A stretch of 64,000 nt of DNA. It comes from Ignavibacteriota bacterium. Lineage in GTDB: Bacteria > Bacteroidota > Ignavibacteria > UBA10030 > UBA6906. Every line of letters begins with the position of its first letter. Positions within the stretch are counted from its first letter, which is position 1. Positions 26,149 to 35,343 of the stretch are shown in pieces. Under the pieces are notes generated by a model, which had not been told where the DNA came from, searched no databases, and saw nothing but the letters and a program-made list of their open reading frames with translations. The DNA lies in assembly GCA_003158475.1 (NCBI GenBank), contig PMJR01000078.1, positions 15,459 through 79,458 on the forward strand, written 5' to 3'. Position numbers and translations under genes: made by a program.

Positions 26149-28717
26149 GCGATCCCCGTACGGTTGACGACAGCTCCCGGGCCAGCGCGCGGCCGTTCAC
26201 CCAGAGATCAAACCGTTCCTCGGCGTATGCCCGGGCGGCGACGGCATAGTCGGTACGAAGCGCTTTGTTCTTCAGGTAGGTCTCCATCGCATCCGCCAGC
26301 GCCGTCACATCACGCGGCGGGACGAGGATCCCGCATCGTCCCTGGTCCAGGAGTTCGGGGATTCCCGCAACCCGGGTCGCGATCACAGGCAGACCGAGTG
26401 CCGCCGCCTCCTTGATCACGGTCGGCACCGCATCGCCGATGTCGGGGGAGGGGTGGACAAGCATGGTCGCGTTTCTCATGGCGGACTGCACACCGGAGAA
26501 CGGAAGCCAGCCGGGAAACCGGACCCGTTCCCCCATGCCGCATTTGACGGCGAGGGCCTTCAACGCCGCCGCTTCATCGCCGTCTCCCACCATCTCGATC
26601 TCAAGGTCGATGCCACGGCGGCGCAGCTTCTCCGCGGCGAGGAGCACGTAGTCGAAACCCTTCAGTTTGTCGAACCTTCCGACACACAGGACGGTCTCCT
26701 CCTTCCTCCCCGCCAGGGTGAACGGGTGCTCGGAAAAATCGAGGCCGAGATGATGGAGCCGGATCTTGTGTTCGATCAGGGGATAGATCCGCGGGAACCG
26801 CCTGTGAATAAACTCCCTGTTGAATTCGCACGCGACAAATATGTTGTCGGCATACAGGAGCTTTTCTTCCATGTAGACCTGGTTGCGGTACAGATCGGTC
26901 CCCGCGTGCAACAGGATCGAATAGGGAATGTCCCTGCCCCCCAGGCGGTGCGCGAGATATGCGCAGGTCGCCGCATAATTCCCCCAGTACGACATGATGT
27001 GATCGTACGCCATGCCGTACCGCCTGCTCCAGGCCCAGGCGAGGGGGAGCGTGTACAATGACCTCACGAGGCGCGCGGGGCCGAACCTCAGGGCGGAGGC
27101 GCTGATGGAGGCGGCCTCCCCCAGGAAACGCGGCACAAGGCGCAGGGAGGAGAGGCTGAGTTCCCTCAGCGGATCCGCGGGATTTAATCCGTGTACATGC
27201 TCACGGGGAAATGAGCGCTCATCGAGTATATCCGGGATCCACGGCCAGAGGCGCGGATCAATCCTGTGCATGGGGAAGATGTCGACCGATACTCCCGCTT
27301 CGACCAGGCTTCGCACGTCGCGCGCAAAGAACGTATCCCCCTTGATCGGAAACTTGTTCGTGAACAATGCCAGGCGCAGGGGGGCCTTCCCTTGACCGTC
27401 GCCCGAGTCCTGATCTGCACGGCGGGCGACCTCATCGGGTGCGAGGTCCCCCTTCTGCCGCCGGCCGGTCATGCTCCCTCCCTGTGAACTCATTGTCGCC
27501 TTTACGTTGCGAGACATTCCGATTATTTTACGCGATTGTTCATCCACCGGCTCCAATCCTCCTTCAGGCAGGGCTGCGTGTCTGACCCGAGCCTCTGCTT
27601 CGGGAGGCCGCTCAGCGACTCTCGTGAGCAATGCCTCCCACCGCGGGAGTATCAGCCCCCAGTCAAGATCTTCCGCGGTCCGACGAGCGCAACTGGACAG
27701 GCGCTCGGCAAGGCGATGGTCATGAAGGATCCTGCGGAGGGCCGTCGCCATGGCCGCCGGATCGGCAGGAGGGACCAGGAGCGCATTCTGCTCATTCGTC
27801 AGCATATACGGTATCCCGCCGACGTTCGTGCTCACGACACAGAGACCGCATGCGAGGGCTTCGAGCACGCTGACCGGCGTGTTGTCGACGTTTGTGGTGT
27901 TGATCAGGATGTCCTCTTTTGCGAGCCAGGCCGGGACCTCCGATTTTGGCACGCCACCAGGGAGGTCAATTCGGTCCGATACGCCGAGCCGCGCCGCGAG
28001 ATCCTTCACCGCTGCAAGGGATCCTGCGCCGCGCTCCGGACCGAGCATCGTCAGGTGGATGTCGGGAAATTCCCCGGCCAGCAGGGCGACAACGTCGACG
28101 GCAAGGCACGGATTGTAAATGGCGTGGAGCGCCCGTACCCAGATCAGCCGGGGCCGGGGGGAGGAACGGACCCGGAAATGGTACCGCCCGAGGTCAAGCG
28201 CGTTCGGAAGAAGGATGATTCCCTCCCGGTAGCGCGACATCTCTTCGAAGAGGTAGCGGGAGGGGGTGACGACCGCAACCGCGGAGCGGAGCAGCCGGCG
28301 CACCGGGCGGGGGAATCGCCCCGAGAAGTAGGGAAGATTCCCTCCGTGCAGCGTCAGGACATACGGTTTCCTCAGAAGCCTCAGCACGGCGCAGACGGCG
28401 TCGGCCCAGATGAACGCGCGCCCGCTGAAAACGTCCACCGCCGCGACGGCATACTCTTTCCGTTTCCGTATGACCGTGTCCAGCATGTTCATCAGGCGGT
28501 CGAACCTCTGCGGCCTGTCGGATGCGGTCAAGACCTTCCATCCCGAAGCAGACAGACGGGCTGCAAGTTCCTCCGACACGGAGACTGTCCACCCTGAGGC
28601 GGAGAGAAAATTTCCGACGATAAGTATCGGCACACGTGGATCCACGTCGTATCCTTCGTGACGTTCGACAGTGCACCACCTGCGCAGGACGAGCCCCGCG
28701 CCGGGGGATCGCATCAT
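26135..28717 (-). CDS. Tandem GT4-GT4 fusion glycosyltransferase (860 aa)
   Basis: Domain 1: ILIVGNFLSASGWTVSVSEELAARL...INTTNVDNTPVSVLEALACGLCVVSTNVGGIPY. A low-complexity charged linker of about 70 aa follows. Domain 2: LRLALFTNKFPIKGDTFFARDVRSLVEAG...LVHPSPDIGDAVPTVIKEAAALGLPVIATRVAGIPE. It is one uninterrupted frame. There is an ATGA overlap upstream and a 14-nt overlap downstream. Confidence 0.8.
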   Translation of the reverse strand: MMRSPGAGLVLRRWCTVERHEGYDVDPRVPILIVGNFLSASGWTVSVSEELAARLSASGWKVLTASDRPQRFDRLMNMLDTVIRKRKEYAVAAVDVFSGRAFIWADAVCAVLRLLRKPYVLTLHGGNLPYFSGRFPRPVRRLLRSAVAVVTPSRYLFEEMSRYREGIILLPNALDLGRYHFRVRSSPRPRLIWVRALHAIYNPCLAVDVVALLAGEFPDIHLTMLGPERGAGSLAAVKDLAARLGVSDRIDLPGGVPKSEVPAWLAKEDILINTTNVDNTPVSVLEALACGLCVVSTNVGGIPYMLTNEQNALLVPPADPAAMATALRRILHDHRLAERLSSCARRTAEDLDWGLILPRWEALLTRVAERPPEAEARVRHAALPEGGLEPVDEQSRKIIGMSRNVKATMSSQGGSMTGRRQKGDLAPDEVARRADQDSGDGQGKAPLRLALFTNKFPIKGDTFFARDVRSLVEAGVSVDIFPMHRIDPRLWPWIPDILDERSFPREHVHGLNPADPLRELSLSSLRLVPRFLGEAASISASALRFGPARLVRSLYTLPLAWAWSRRYGMAYDHIMSYWGNYAATCAYLAHRLGGRDIPYSILLHAGTDLYRNQVYMEEKLLYADNIFVACEFNREFIHRRFPRIYPLIEHKIRLHHLGLDFSEHPFTLAGRKEETVLCVGRFDKLKGFDYVLLAAEKLRRRGIDLEIEMVGDGDEAAALKALAVKCGMGERVRFPGWLPFSGVQSAMRNATMLVHPSPDIGDAVPTVIKEAAALGLPVIATRVAGIPELLDQGRCGILVPPRDVTALADAMETYLKNKALRTDYAVAARAYAEERFDLWVNGRALARELSSTVRGSHVPI

Positions 28718-29628
28718 CCAACCGAGAAACCCAGACGTCTCATTAGAGGCACGACGCCGAATGCCTTCAGGCGGAGCTTGTAGAGCGCGGGAGAATACAC
28801 GCCGATCCGCTCAATTTCGAACTTCCCATCCTCCCCCAGGTTCCTGGGAATCGTGCAAAAGGCGGCTTCATAGCCCGCCTGTCTGATGAGGCCGAGCGTC
28901 CGGGGAGTGTAGTCCCCTCCCGGATATGCAAAGTAACGGACGGGCCTGCCGGCCACCGTGCCGAGGAGGTCCTTGCATGCCACCACTTCGCCCGCATGCC
29001 GGTCTTCGTCCAGCTGACCGAGCAGCGGATGGCTCAGCGTATGCGCACCAATTTCGATCAGGTCATCCAGGCCGCATGCCCTGAGCTGTTCGTGCGTCAT
29101 CCCTTCGTACTCCTTTTTGACCGCCGCCGGCAGCGGATTCGAGGCTGCGAGCGATGCGCCGAAGGCGCGCACATCCCCGCTCCCGACCGCCATGCGCCCC
29201 AGCGCATGCCGTGCCTCCCGCCTCTTTTCCAGCGACCGGAGAGAGAACACGCTGCTCCCCACATGCAGCTCTTCATAGGCCCCTTCGAAACAGAGGGCAT
29301 TGATCACATTGAACCAGAGCAGCGGGCCGTGCTCCAGGTGGGACGTCGCAACAAAGAACGTCGCCGGCGTGCGGTGCTCGGCCAGCACCGGGTACACGCA
29401 CCTGAATGTAACATCCAGCCCGTCGTCGAACGTCAGCGCGATGCACTTCCCCGCGCCTCCATCCCCCCGGAATCGGAGCGCGAGCCACTCGTGGAGCGGG
29501 ACGATGCGGAAATGACGGCGCAGCCACTTCAGGTGTCGCTCGAAACTCTGGACGGGGATCGCCTGGCCGACACACCACCTGTCGACCGGCCTGAGGCTCC
29601 TGACTATGCCGTGGTAGAGGAGTATCAC
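28714..29628 (-). CDS. Polysaccharide deacetylase (NodB domain) 2 of 3
   Basis: ILLYHGI, ALTFDDGLDVTF, PATFFV and IGAHTLSHP. The GTG start forms a GTGA overlap with the upstream GT4 stop. Confidence 0.8.
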   Translation of the reverse strand: MILLYHGIVRSLRPVDRWCVGQAIPVQSFERHLKWLRRHFRIVPLHEWLALRFRGDGGAGKCIALTFDDGLDVTFRCVYPVLAEHRTPATFFVATSHLEHGPLLWFNVINALCFEGAYEELHVGSSVFSLRSLEKRREARHALGRMAVGSGDVRAFGASLAASNPLPAAVKKEYEGMTHEQLRACGLDDLIEIGAHTLSHPLLGQLDEDRHAGEVVACKDLLGTVAGRPVRYFAYPGGDYTPRTLGLIRQAGYEAAFCTIPRNLGEDGKFEIERIGVYSPALYKLRLKAFGVVPLMRRLGFSVG

Positions 29629-30791
29629 AGCCCCCTCCTCCCCTGCGCCGCGCCGTCGAGCAACGCCATGTACGCTCCCGTCATCCGCTCCAGGAAACGC
29701 GCGACGCTGTACTGACGGAGCATGTCCGTCCGGGCTCTGCCGCCGAGCTTCCCCCTGGTCGCCCCGTCGTGAACGAGCTCCAGCACAGCCTGCTCGAGCT
29801 GGCGGACATCCCCCGGGGGGGCGAGCAGGGCCGAGACGCGATGCTCAAGCAGCTCCGAGAGAAACGGGGTTTTCCATGAGACGATCGCGACGCCGGCGGC
29901 CGCCGCTTCCATGACCACGTTGGGCAGCCCTTCGTCGAGCGAGGCGAAGCAGAAGATATCCAGGACGTTCAGCCACGTCCGGGCCCCGGGATCCGCCCCC
30001 GCGAACACGACCGCGTTGCCGAGATGGAGCTGTTCGGCCTGCACACGCAGGGAGGCGAGCGCCGGTCCCTCCCCGATGAGCAGGAGACGCACCCGCTCAC
30101 CACGGCGGAGGAGCGACGCCAGGAGATCCAGCAGCAGATCGAATCGCTTTCCCTTTTCAATTCTTCCCATCGAACCGATCCAGATCTCTCCTTCGTCCAG
30201 ACCGAAGCGGCCGCCGAGCTCCCTGCGGGCGGCGGAGCGGTCCCCGACATGATTCTCCACCGCGTTGGGGACCACAAAGATTTTCGTCTTCCTGGTCCGG
30301 CGCGCGGACGCGACACGGTCGCCTGCAGCCTGCGAATTGACAAGCAATCCGTCGACAAGAGCCAGCGTCAGCCGGGCCTGAAGAGGGTTCTTCCGGAACG
30401 ACTCAAAGCTCCCGCGCAACGATCCCAGGCAGGCGTCGGCGCCGAGTAGTTTCGCCGCCACACCTCCGTAGGGGCTGGCAAAGAGATGCCACGCATGAAC
30501 CAGCCGCGGGCGGAACGGGCGCAGGCTCCGGACAATGTCAAGAACCCGGGCGGCGCGGTTGGCCCGGCGCCGGACCCTGAGCAGGGGTATCCCGAGTGAT
30601 TCGACACGCGGCTCCCAGAAGTCTCCTTCGTCGGGATGGAGCGTGACAACGACAGGACTGAACTGCGTCCGGTCCAGTCCGGAGAGCCAGAAAGAGAGCT
30701 GACGCTCGGCTCCCCCCATGACCAGTTGCCCGGCGATGATCGCAATACTCCGAGGTTCCGTCGCTTTCACAGTGTCAGTTCGCCGGTTCAC
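29625..30791 (-). CDS. GT4 glycosyltransferase
   Basis: IAIIAGQLVMGGAERQL and C-terminal FCFASLDEGLPNVVMEAAAAGVAIVS (EX7E-type motif). The start is uncertain: GTG at 30791 (17-nt overlap) or GTG at 30770. Confidence 0.85.
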   Translation of the reverse strand: MNRRTDTVKATEPRSIAIIAGQLVMGGAERQLSFWLSGLDRTQFSPVVVTLHPDEGDFWEPRVESLGIPLLRVRRRANRAARVLDIVRSLRPFRPRLVHAWHLFASPYGGVAAKLLGADACLGSLRGSFESFRKNPLQARLTLALVDGLLVNSQAAGDRVASARRTRKTKIFVVPNAVENHVGDRSAARRELGGRFGLDEGEIWIGSMGRIEKGKRFDLLLDLLASLLRRGERVRLLLIGEGPALASLRVQAEQLHLGNAVVFAGADPGARTWLNVLDIFCFASLDEGLPNVVMEAAAAGVAIVSWKTPFLSELLEHRVSALLAPPGDVRQLEQAVLELVHDGATRGKLGGRARTDMLRQYSVARFLERMTGAYMALLDGAAQGRRGL

Positions 30792-31983
30792 GCAGCTTCC
30801 CGTCCGAGAGGGACCAGTTCCACTGGCTGGCGGAGATCCGGCCGATCGTGTCGGCCCATGATTCCAGTGTCCTCCCCTCGACGAACACCCTGCATTGCCG
30901 CCTCAGGGAAGGCCAGTCGAGCTGAGCCGTGAGGACATATCTGAGCTTGTCCGCAAGCGCCCTGACATCCCCGGGTGGGACCAGCCAGCCCCTTACGCCA
31001 TCCCCTCCTATCACACCCCGCGCAGCCCCCACGTCAGAGGCAAGGACGGGAAGACCCATGGAGAAAGCGTCCAGCCAGGCCTTGCTGAAACCCTCGGAGA
31101 GGGAAGGCTGGACGCACAGATCGACGCCTCCCAGCTTCATCACCAGGGCACTCCTGTCAAGCTGCCCGGTGAAGCGGATGTTGCCCTGATGCCCATCCCG
31201 GGCCGCCATCTGTTCAAGCATCTCCCGGTCAGGCCCCTCGCCGATGATCGTGATGGTCGGGAGCGGGGAGAATCCCTCCCGGGAGAGGAGGTCAAAGGCT
31301 TTGATGAGGTTCGCCACACCCTTGATCTCGTGCAGCCTCCCTATGTAGACAAGGCGGGGAGGGACGCCGAGCGCACGATCGCAATCCGGGCTGGTGTTCC
31401 GGAGCTCCGCCGCCGAAAGCGCAGTGGAGAATATCCATGAAATTCCCCGCCCCGGCGGCTCATCCCCGTCGCCTGTGGCTAACATGACATTCCGCCCCCC
31501 CGCAAATATCCGAATGAGGGCCCTGGTGAACCGGTTGGTGAGCGTGGTCTGCCGGGTAACGGTCCAGGACCCGCAGTACCGTATGATCTGTCGCTTGCGC
31601 ATCGCCAATGCCACGATCATCCCGATGAGCGGAATGTCTCCCGGCGGGGGGACATGGACGACATCCGCATCCCTGCACTGGCGGGCGATCACGCGTATGT
31701 AGTACGCCAGGTGCGCCATGACCCAGAACTTGCGCCACGGATCCCTGCCAACGGGTCTGCGTATCAGGACAATCTCGGCATTCCCGGGGAGGGGGATGGA
31801 GCCCCCTCCGGGAGTCTCACCGAATGTCACCAGCAACGTCATCGAATCGAAGAGCGATGCAATACCCGCCATCTGCAGGGGGAAACCGCCGTTGGAACAC
31901 CATCGTCCGTTCCCATCCTGCCAGCATTCCTTGAATGAGATCGCGCACACCCTGGTTTTTTTCACCTGTCGTTCCTCTCCCAT
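30775..31983 (-). CDS. GT4 glycosyltransferase
   Basis: LVYIGRLHEIKGV and CVQPSLSEGFSKAWLDAFSMGLPVLASDVGAARG. I prefer ATG at 31981-31983 (MGEERQVKKTRVCAISF), 1 nt after the Wzy stop, over the track start at 32031. Confidence 0.8.
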   Translation of the reverse strand: MGEERQVKKTRVCAISFKECWQDGNGRWCSNGGFPLQMAGIASLFDSMTLLVTFGETPGGGSIPLPGNAEIVLIRRPVGRDPWRKFWVMAHLAYYIRVIARQCRDADVVHVPPPGDIPLIGMIVALAMRKRQIIRYCGSWTVTRQTTLTNRFTRALIRIFAGGRNVMLATGDGDEPPGRGISWIFSTALSAAELRNTSPDCDRALGVPPRLVYIGRLHEIKGVANLIKAFDLLSREGFSPLPTITIIGEGPDREMLEQMAARDGHQGNIRFTGQLDRSALVMKLGGVDLCVQPSLSEGFSKAWLDAFSMGLPVLASDVGAARGVIGGDGVRGWLVPPGDVRALADKLRYVLTAQLDWPSLRRQCRVFVEGRTLESWADTIGRISASQWNWSLSDGKLREPAN

Positions 31984-31984
31984 G

Positions 31985-33394
31985 TCAGGGGGCCGCTTCG
32001 GGGCGTGAATGGCCCGCTCGCGGAGGGGCATGCGGGCTGGCGGGGGGAACCTTCATGTGAAGCAGGGCCGTCGCCCCCGCCGTCAGAAACCAGAGTCCCT
32101 TGGAGCCAAACTCGGTAGAAAGCCACCCGATTGAAAGGACGAGAGTAGTGAAGAGCCCGAGGGGGAAGAGGCCCCGGCGCCTTCGCTCCCACCCCGCAAA
32201 AGCAAACGACCCCGCAAAGAGGGCGATCACGATGAGACCCAGGAATCCGTTTTCCGCCAGCGCCTTGATCCAACCCGAGTGCGCTTCCTTGCTCACGCCA
32301 TAGTCGAAGCCCGTAAGTTCCTGCCTGAACCCTATCCTCGCCCACGCTGTCGCGAACCCTCCGGTTCCTATGCCCAACGGATGGTCAAGGAATATGTACC
32401 AGCCTCCGAGGGCGAGTTCCGAACGTCCGCTCGTCCTGCCGACGAGCGACACATCGGAATTAAACAGTTTGTCGAGTCGGCGGAATGCAATGTCGTTCTG
32501 CTGGTTGAACTTGAACGTCACGAAAAGAGCAAGAAGCGCTCCGGCAACGACGTATGCGAACCTGTGCGAATTCTTCCGCATGCTGAACACCAGGAAGACC
32601 ATGCAGATGACCCCGGTGAGGAGTGTCCCCCTGCTCCCGCTCAGGAAAATCCAGACGAGGTTGAGCACGGCTATCAACCCCAGGAAAAGTTGTCCGCTCC
32701 CGCGCCGCGGGGCTGAGCGGATGCCGAGGCAGATCGCAAAGATCGCTGTCAGGGGGAAGTATGCCCAGGTATTGGCGTTGACAGGGGGGAGGTGCACCGA
32801 CTCGATGTAATACACGAGGCCGCCGGCAGCCCCCAGCGTCCCCGCCACCAGCGCCTGCCAGTACCAGACAGACTCGTTCCTGTTGTTCCGCGAGAAGTAA
32901 TAGAGAATGCCGAAGAAGGAAATCACGTTGAGGATCGTCTCTATCCCCTCCTTCAATTGCGGCGTAAACAGGAGACCGAACCCCATAAGGAGAACGAAGA
33001 GCTGCAGTATCCTCGACTGCGGATCATTCAGCTTCAGCAGAAAGCTGATAGAGATGAACAACACGATCAGCAGCCAGTAATTGAACGTGTTCCATGGAAA
33101 CGGCCCGGATGTGAAGAGGAGGGCGCGGGAAAGCGGATCCATGGTGCACAGCATACTGATTCCCAGCAGACCGACCGACGGCTCCATCAGCCCGTAGATT
33201 GCGGCAGCAAACCCCAGGGCAGTCAGAACTGCCAGCGCCGCCTTGAGGCCGACGAGGAGGCCTGCCATGGGACACAGGAGACTGCAGACGAGCAGGAACG
33301 GGCCCCACCGTTCAGGCCGCGTGACAGGAGTCCTGCGTACCAGTCCCTGCACACCGGCAAAGGGAATGCGTTCTGTCGCAGTCGCTGTGGTCAT
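31985..33394 (-). CDS. O-antigen ligase / Wzy-family polymerase (Wzy_C)
   Basis: About 11 TM helices. LSGSRGTLLTGVICMVFLVF and a large loop with GRTSGRSELALGGWYIF...KEAHSGWIKALAENG, typical of O-antigen polymerase/ligase proteins. Confidence 0.8.
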   Translation of the reverse strand: MTTATATERIPFAGVQGLVRRTPVTRPERWGPFLLVCSLLCPMAGLLVGLKAALAVLTALGFAAAIYGLMEPSVGLLGISMLCTMDPLSRALLFTSGPFPWNTFNYWLLIVLFISISFLLKLNDPQSRILQLFVLLMGFGLLFTPQLKEGIETILNVISFFGILYYFSRNNRNESVWYWQALVAGTLGAAGGLVYYIESVHLPPVNANTWAYFPLTAIFAICLGIRSAPRRGSGQLFLGLIAVLNLVWIFLSGSRGTLLTGVICMVFLVFSMRKNSHRFAYVVAGALLALFVTFKFNQQNDIAFRRLDKLFNSDVSLVGRTSGRSELALGGWYIFLDHPLGIGTGGFATAWARIGFRQELTGFDYGVSKEAHSGWIKALAENGFLGLIVIALFAGSFAFAGWERRRRGLFPLGLFTTLVLSIGWLSTEFGSKGLWFLTAGATALLHMKVPPASPHAPPRAGHSRPEAAP

Positions 33395-33450
33395 GACCCG
33401 ATCCTCATAAGGAATGTATCATCAGTCCGCCGGCACATGCACGCCCCTCA

Positions 33451-34308
33451 TCACTGGTCCGATCCGCCGTTCTCGCTGAGAAGGTCGCGGGGAAGGCAAA
33501 GCCGGAGGAGGCCTTCCCGGTGCAGCCGGCGCGCGTGTTCGAGAAATGGGACCAGTCTTCGTTCATCCTGCGTGTTCCCGGAACGAAGGGAATGCGGGTG
33601 CCCGCCGACGACGACGACCCCTCCCCGCAGGGCGCACAGGTCCATGACCCTGTGCGCCTGCTCGTTAAACCCTCCCGGAGCGTTCATCCGGAGACAATAC
33701 ACGCCCTTGATCATTTCGGCGTGTCCGGGAGTATCCGGCCCCCTGCGCCGTACCCTCGTCAGTATATGCTCCATGACCGAGCGATAGGTCACACGGCAGA
33801 ATTTGTAGCCTGTTTCGTGAAGAGACGCGCACAATGTTCCCAGATCGGTGCGACGAGCGCCGGCTTCCCTTCTCTCTGAGAGGCTGAAGGCCCAACGCTG
33901 CGGATAGTCGAACGGCTGGTTGTAGGGAGGAACAAACGATACCACGGGAGCGCCGATGCACTGTTCGAGAGCATCCTTGCTCGCGCGGAGCGTCTCGAGC
34001 AGCTCCTCCCGCCCCAGGGCGGGGAGCCATTCGTGGCGGAAGGAATGGCTCGCCACCTCGTGCCCCGCCTCATGGATGCGCCTGACCTGATCCGGGTCGT
34101 GATACGGCCTTTCCCCCTGAAGCGCGGCAGAGCCGACGACCGCGAAACAGGCGGGGACCCCGTGGTCCGCATGCAGTTCCAGCAGCCGTTCGGTGTTCAC
34201 GAATTCCAGATGTCCCCACTCTTTGCGTCCCCCGGGCATACGCGAACGATCTCCGCCCCATTGAGTGTCGTAGTCCCAGAAAAGCAGCAACGTCCCCCGC
34301 GGTTTCAC
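33451..34308 (-). CDS. Polysaccharide deacetylase family protein (NodB-like) 3 of 3
   Basis: LLFWDYDTQWG, GVPACFAVVG, GHEVASHSFRHEW and GGHPHS. GTG start. Confidence 0.75.
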   Translation of the reverse strand: MKPRGTLLLFWDYDTQWGGDRSRMPGGRKEWGHLEFVNTERLLELHADHGVPACFAVVGSAALQGERPYHDPDQVRRIHEAGHEVASHSFRHEWLPALGREELLETLRASKDALEQCIGAPVVSFVPPYNQPFDYPQRWAFSLSERREAGARRTDLGTLCASLHETGYKFCRVTYRSVMEHILTRVRRRGPDTPGHAEMIKGVYCLRMNAPGGFNEQAHRVMDLCALRGGVVVVGGHPHSLRSGNTQDERRLVPFLEHARRLHREGLLRLCLPRDLLSENGGSDQ

Positions 34309-34313
34309 GCCGT

Positions 34314-35339
34314 TCAGTCCCCTTTCATCAGATCGAATGTCGCCTTGAGCCGCCCCCCCATGTGCCGCAATGTCGGCAGAATCCTTTGCGGAAACAAGAG
34401 ATGCCTCGCCAGCATGACGGTGTCAAGACCCCAGGCATACGCGAACCAGACGACGTCACGCCAAGTGCGGCCCTGGAGGCCGCGCCGCTGTATTTGAAAG
34501 CGATTGTAGATAGCCATGTATCCAAGTTTGAACTGATCAGGCCGCCCGCTCTCTTCGAACCGGTGCAGGAACCTCGCGGCACCGGCCATGACCAGCCTTC
34601 CCTTCCGGCGCGCCCTCAGTGAAAAATCGAGATCTTCGCCCTGCGCATATCCTTCAAATGATTCTCCAAAGCCGATCTCACGAAGGACATGAGTGCTCCA
34701 CATCATCGCACATCCCGGGAGCCAGTCCACATCCACCACATGATCCGTCGGGGGAAGGAACCACCAGGGAACGGACATCCCGGACCTCTGGTAGCTCCCC
34801 GGCCGGAGGTCGGCAACGACACCGAGGAGCCGCCGCGTCCGCCAGAGGCGATCGGGCAACTCATAGCTCCCTTCCGTGCAGCCGCCGACCCCGACGATGC
34901 CGCCCCCCCCCTCCCGGTGGGCACGATCCATGGCCGAGAGGCATCCCGGTCTCAGCACAACATCGTCATCGAAGAATGCGACGAGATCAGTATCCACCCA
35001 GCGAATCCCGAAGTTCCGCTGGCGGGTCAGTCCCTTCAGCGGCCCCGTGACCCGGAAATACAGAAGAACATCGGCGAATCGATCACCCTCCCCCCTCCCC
35101 GCGACCATTCGTTCTGTTTCGTCGTCCGGGCTCGCGTCGACGATGATGAGGCGCCTGGCGCGTGGCTCCTGAAGAAGGAGCGAATCGAGAAATTCCTTCA
35201 GACTCGCTGCACGCCTGTACGTGCACATGACCACGGACACTCCGCAGATGAGCCTGTCTCCCGCCGCAGGAGGCTCGATCGGCCACGGGTGGTCCCCCCC
35301 CCGGACAATGCCGGTCACGATATGGGATTCCTCCCCCAC
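34314..35339 (-). CDS. GT2 glycosyltransferase carrying two G9 homopolymers
   Basis: VSVVMCTYRRAASLKEFLDSLLLQ, LIIVDASPDDETE, FFDDDV and QGEDLDFSLR. The start is GTG at 35339 or an alternative GTG at 35240 (VSVVMCTYRR). Confidence 0.85.
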   Translation of the reverse strand: MGEESHIVTGIVRGGDHPWPIEPPAAGDRLICGVSVVMCTYRRAASLKEFLDSLLLQEPRARRLIIVDASPDDETERMVAGRGEGDRFADVLLYFRVTGPLKGLTRQRNFGIRWVDTDLVAFFDDDVVLRPGCLSAMDRAHREGGGGIVGVGGCTEGSYELPDRLWRTRRLLGVVADLRPGSYQRSGMSVPWWFLPPTDHVVDVDWLPGCAMMWSTHVLREIGFGESFEGYAQGEDLDFSLRARRKGRLVMAGAARFLHRFEESGRPDQFKLGYMAIYNRFQIQRRGLQGRTWRDVVWFAYAWGLDTVMLARHLLFPQRILPTLRHMGGRLKATFDLMKGD

Positions 35340-35343
35340 GCCG

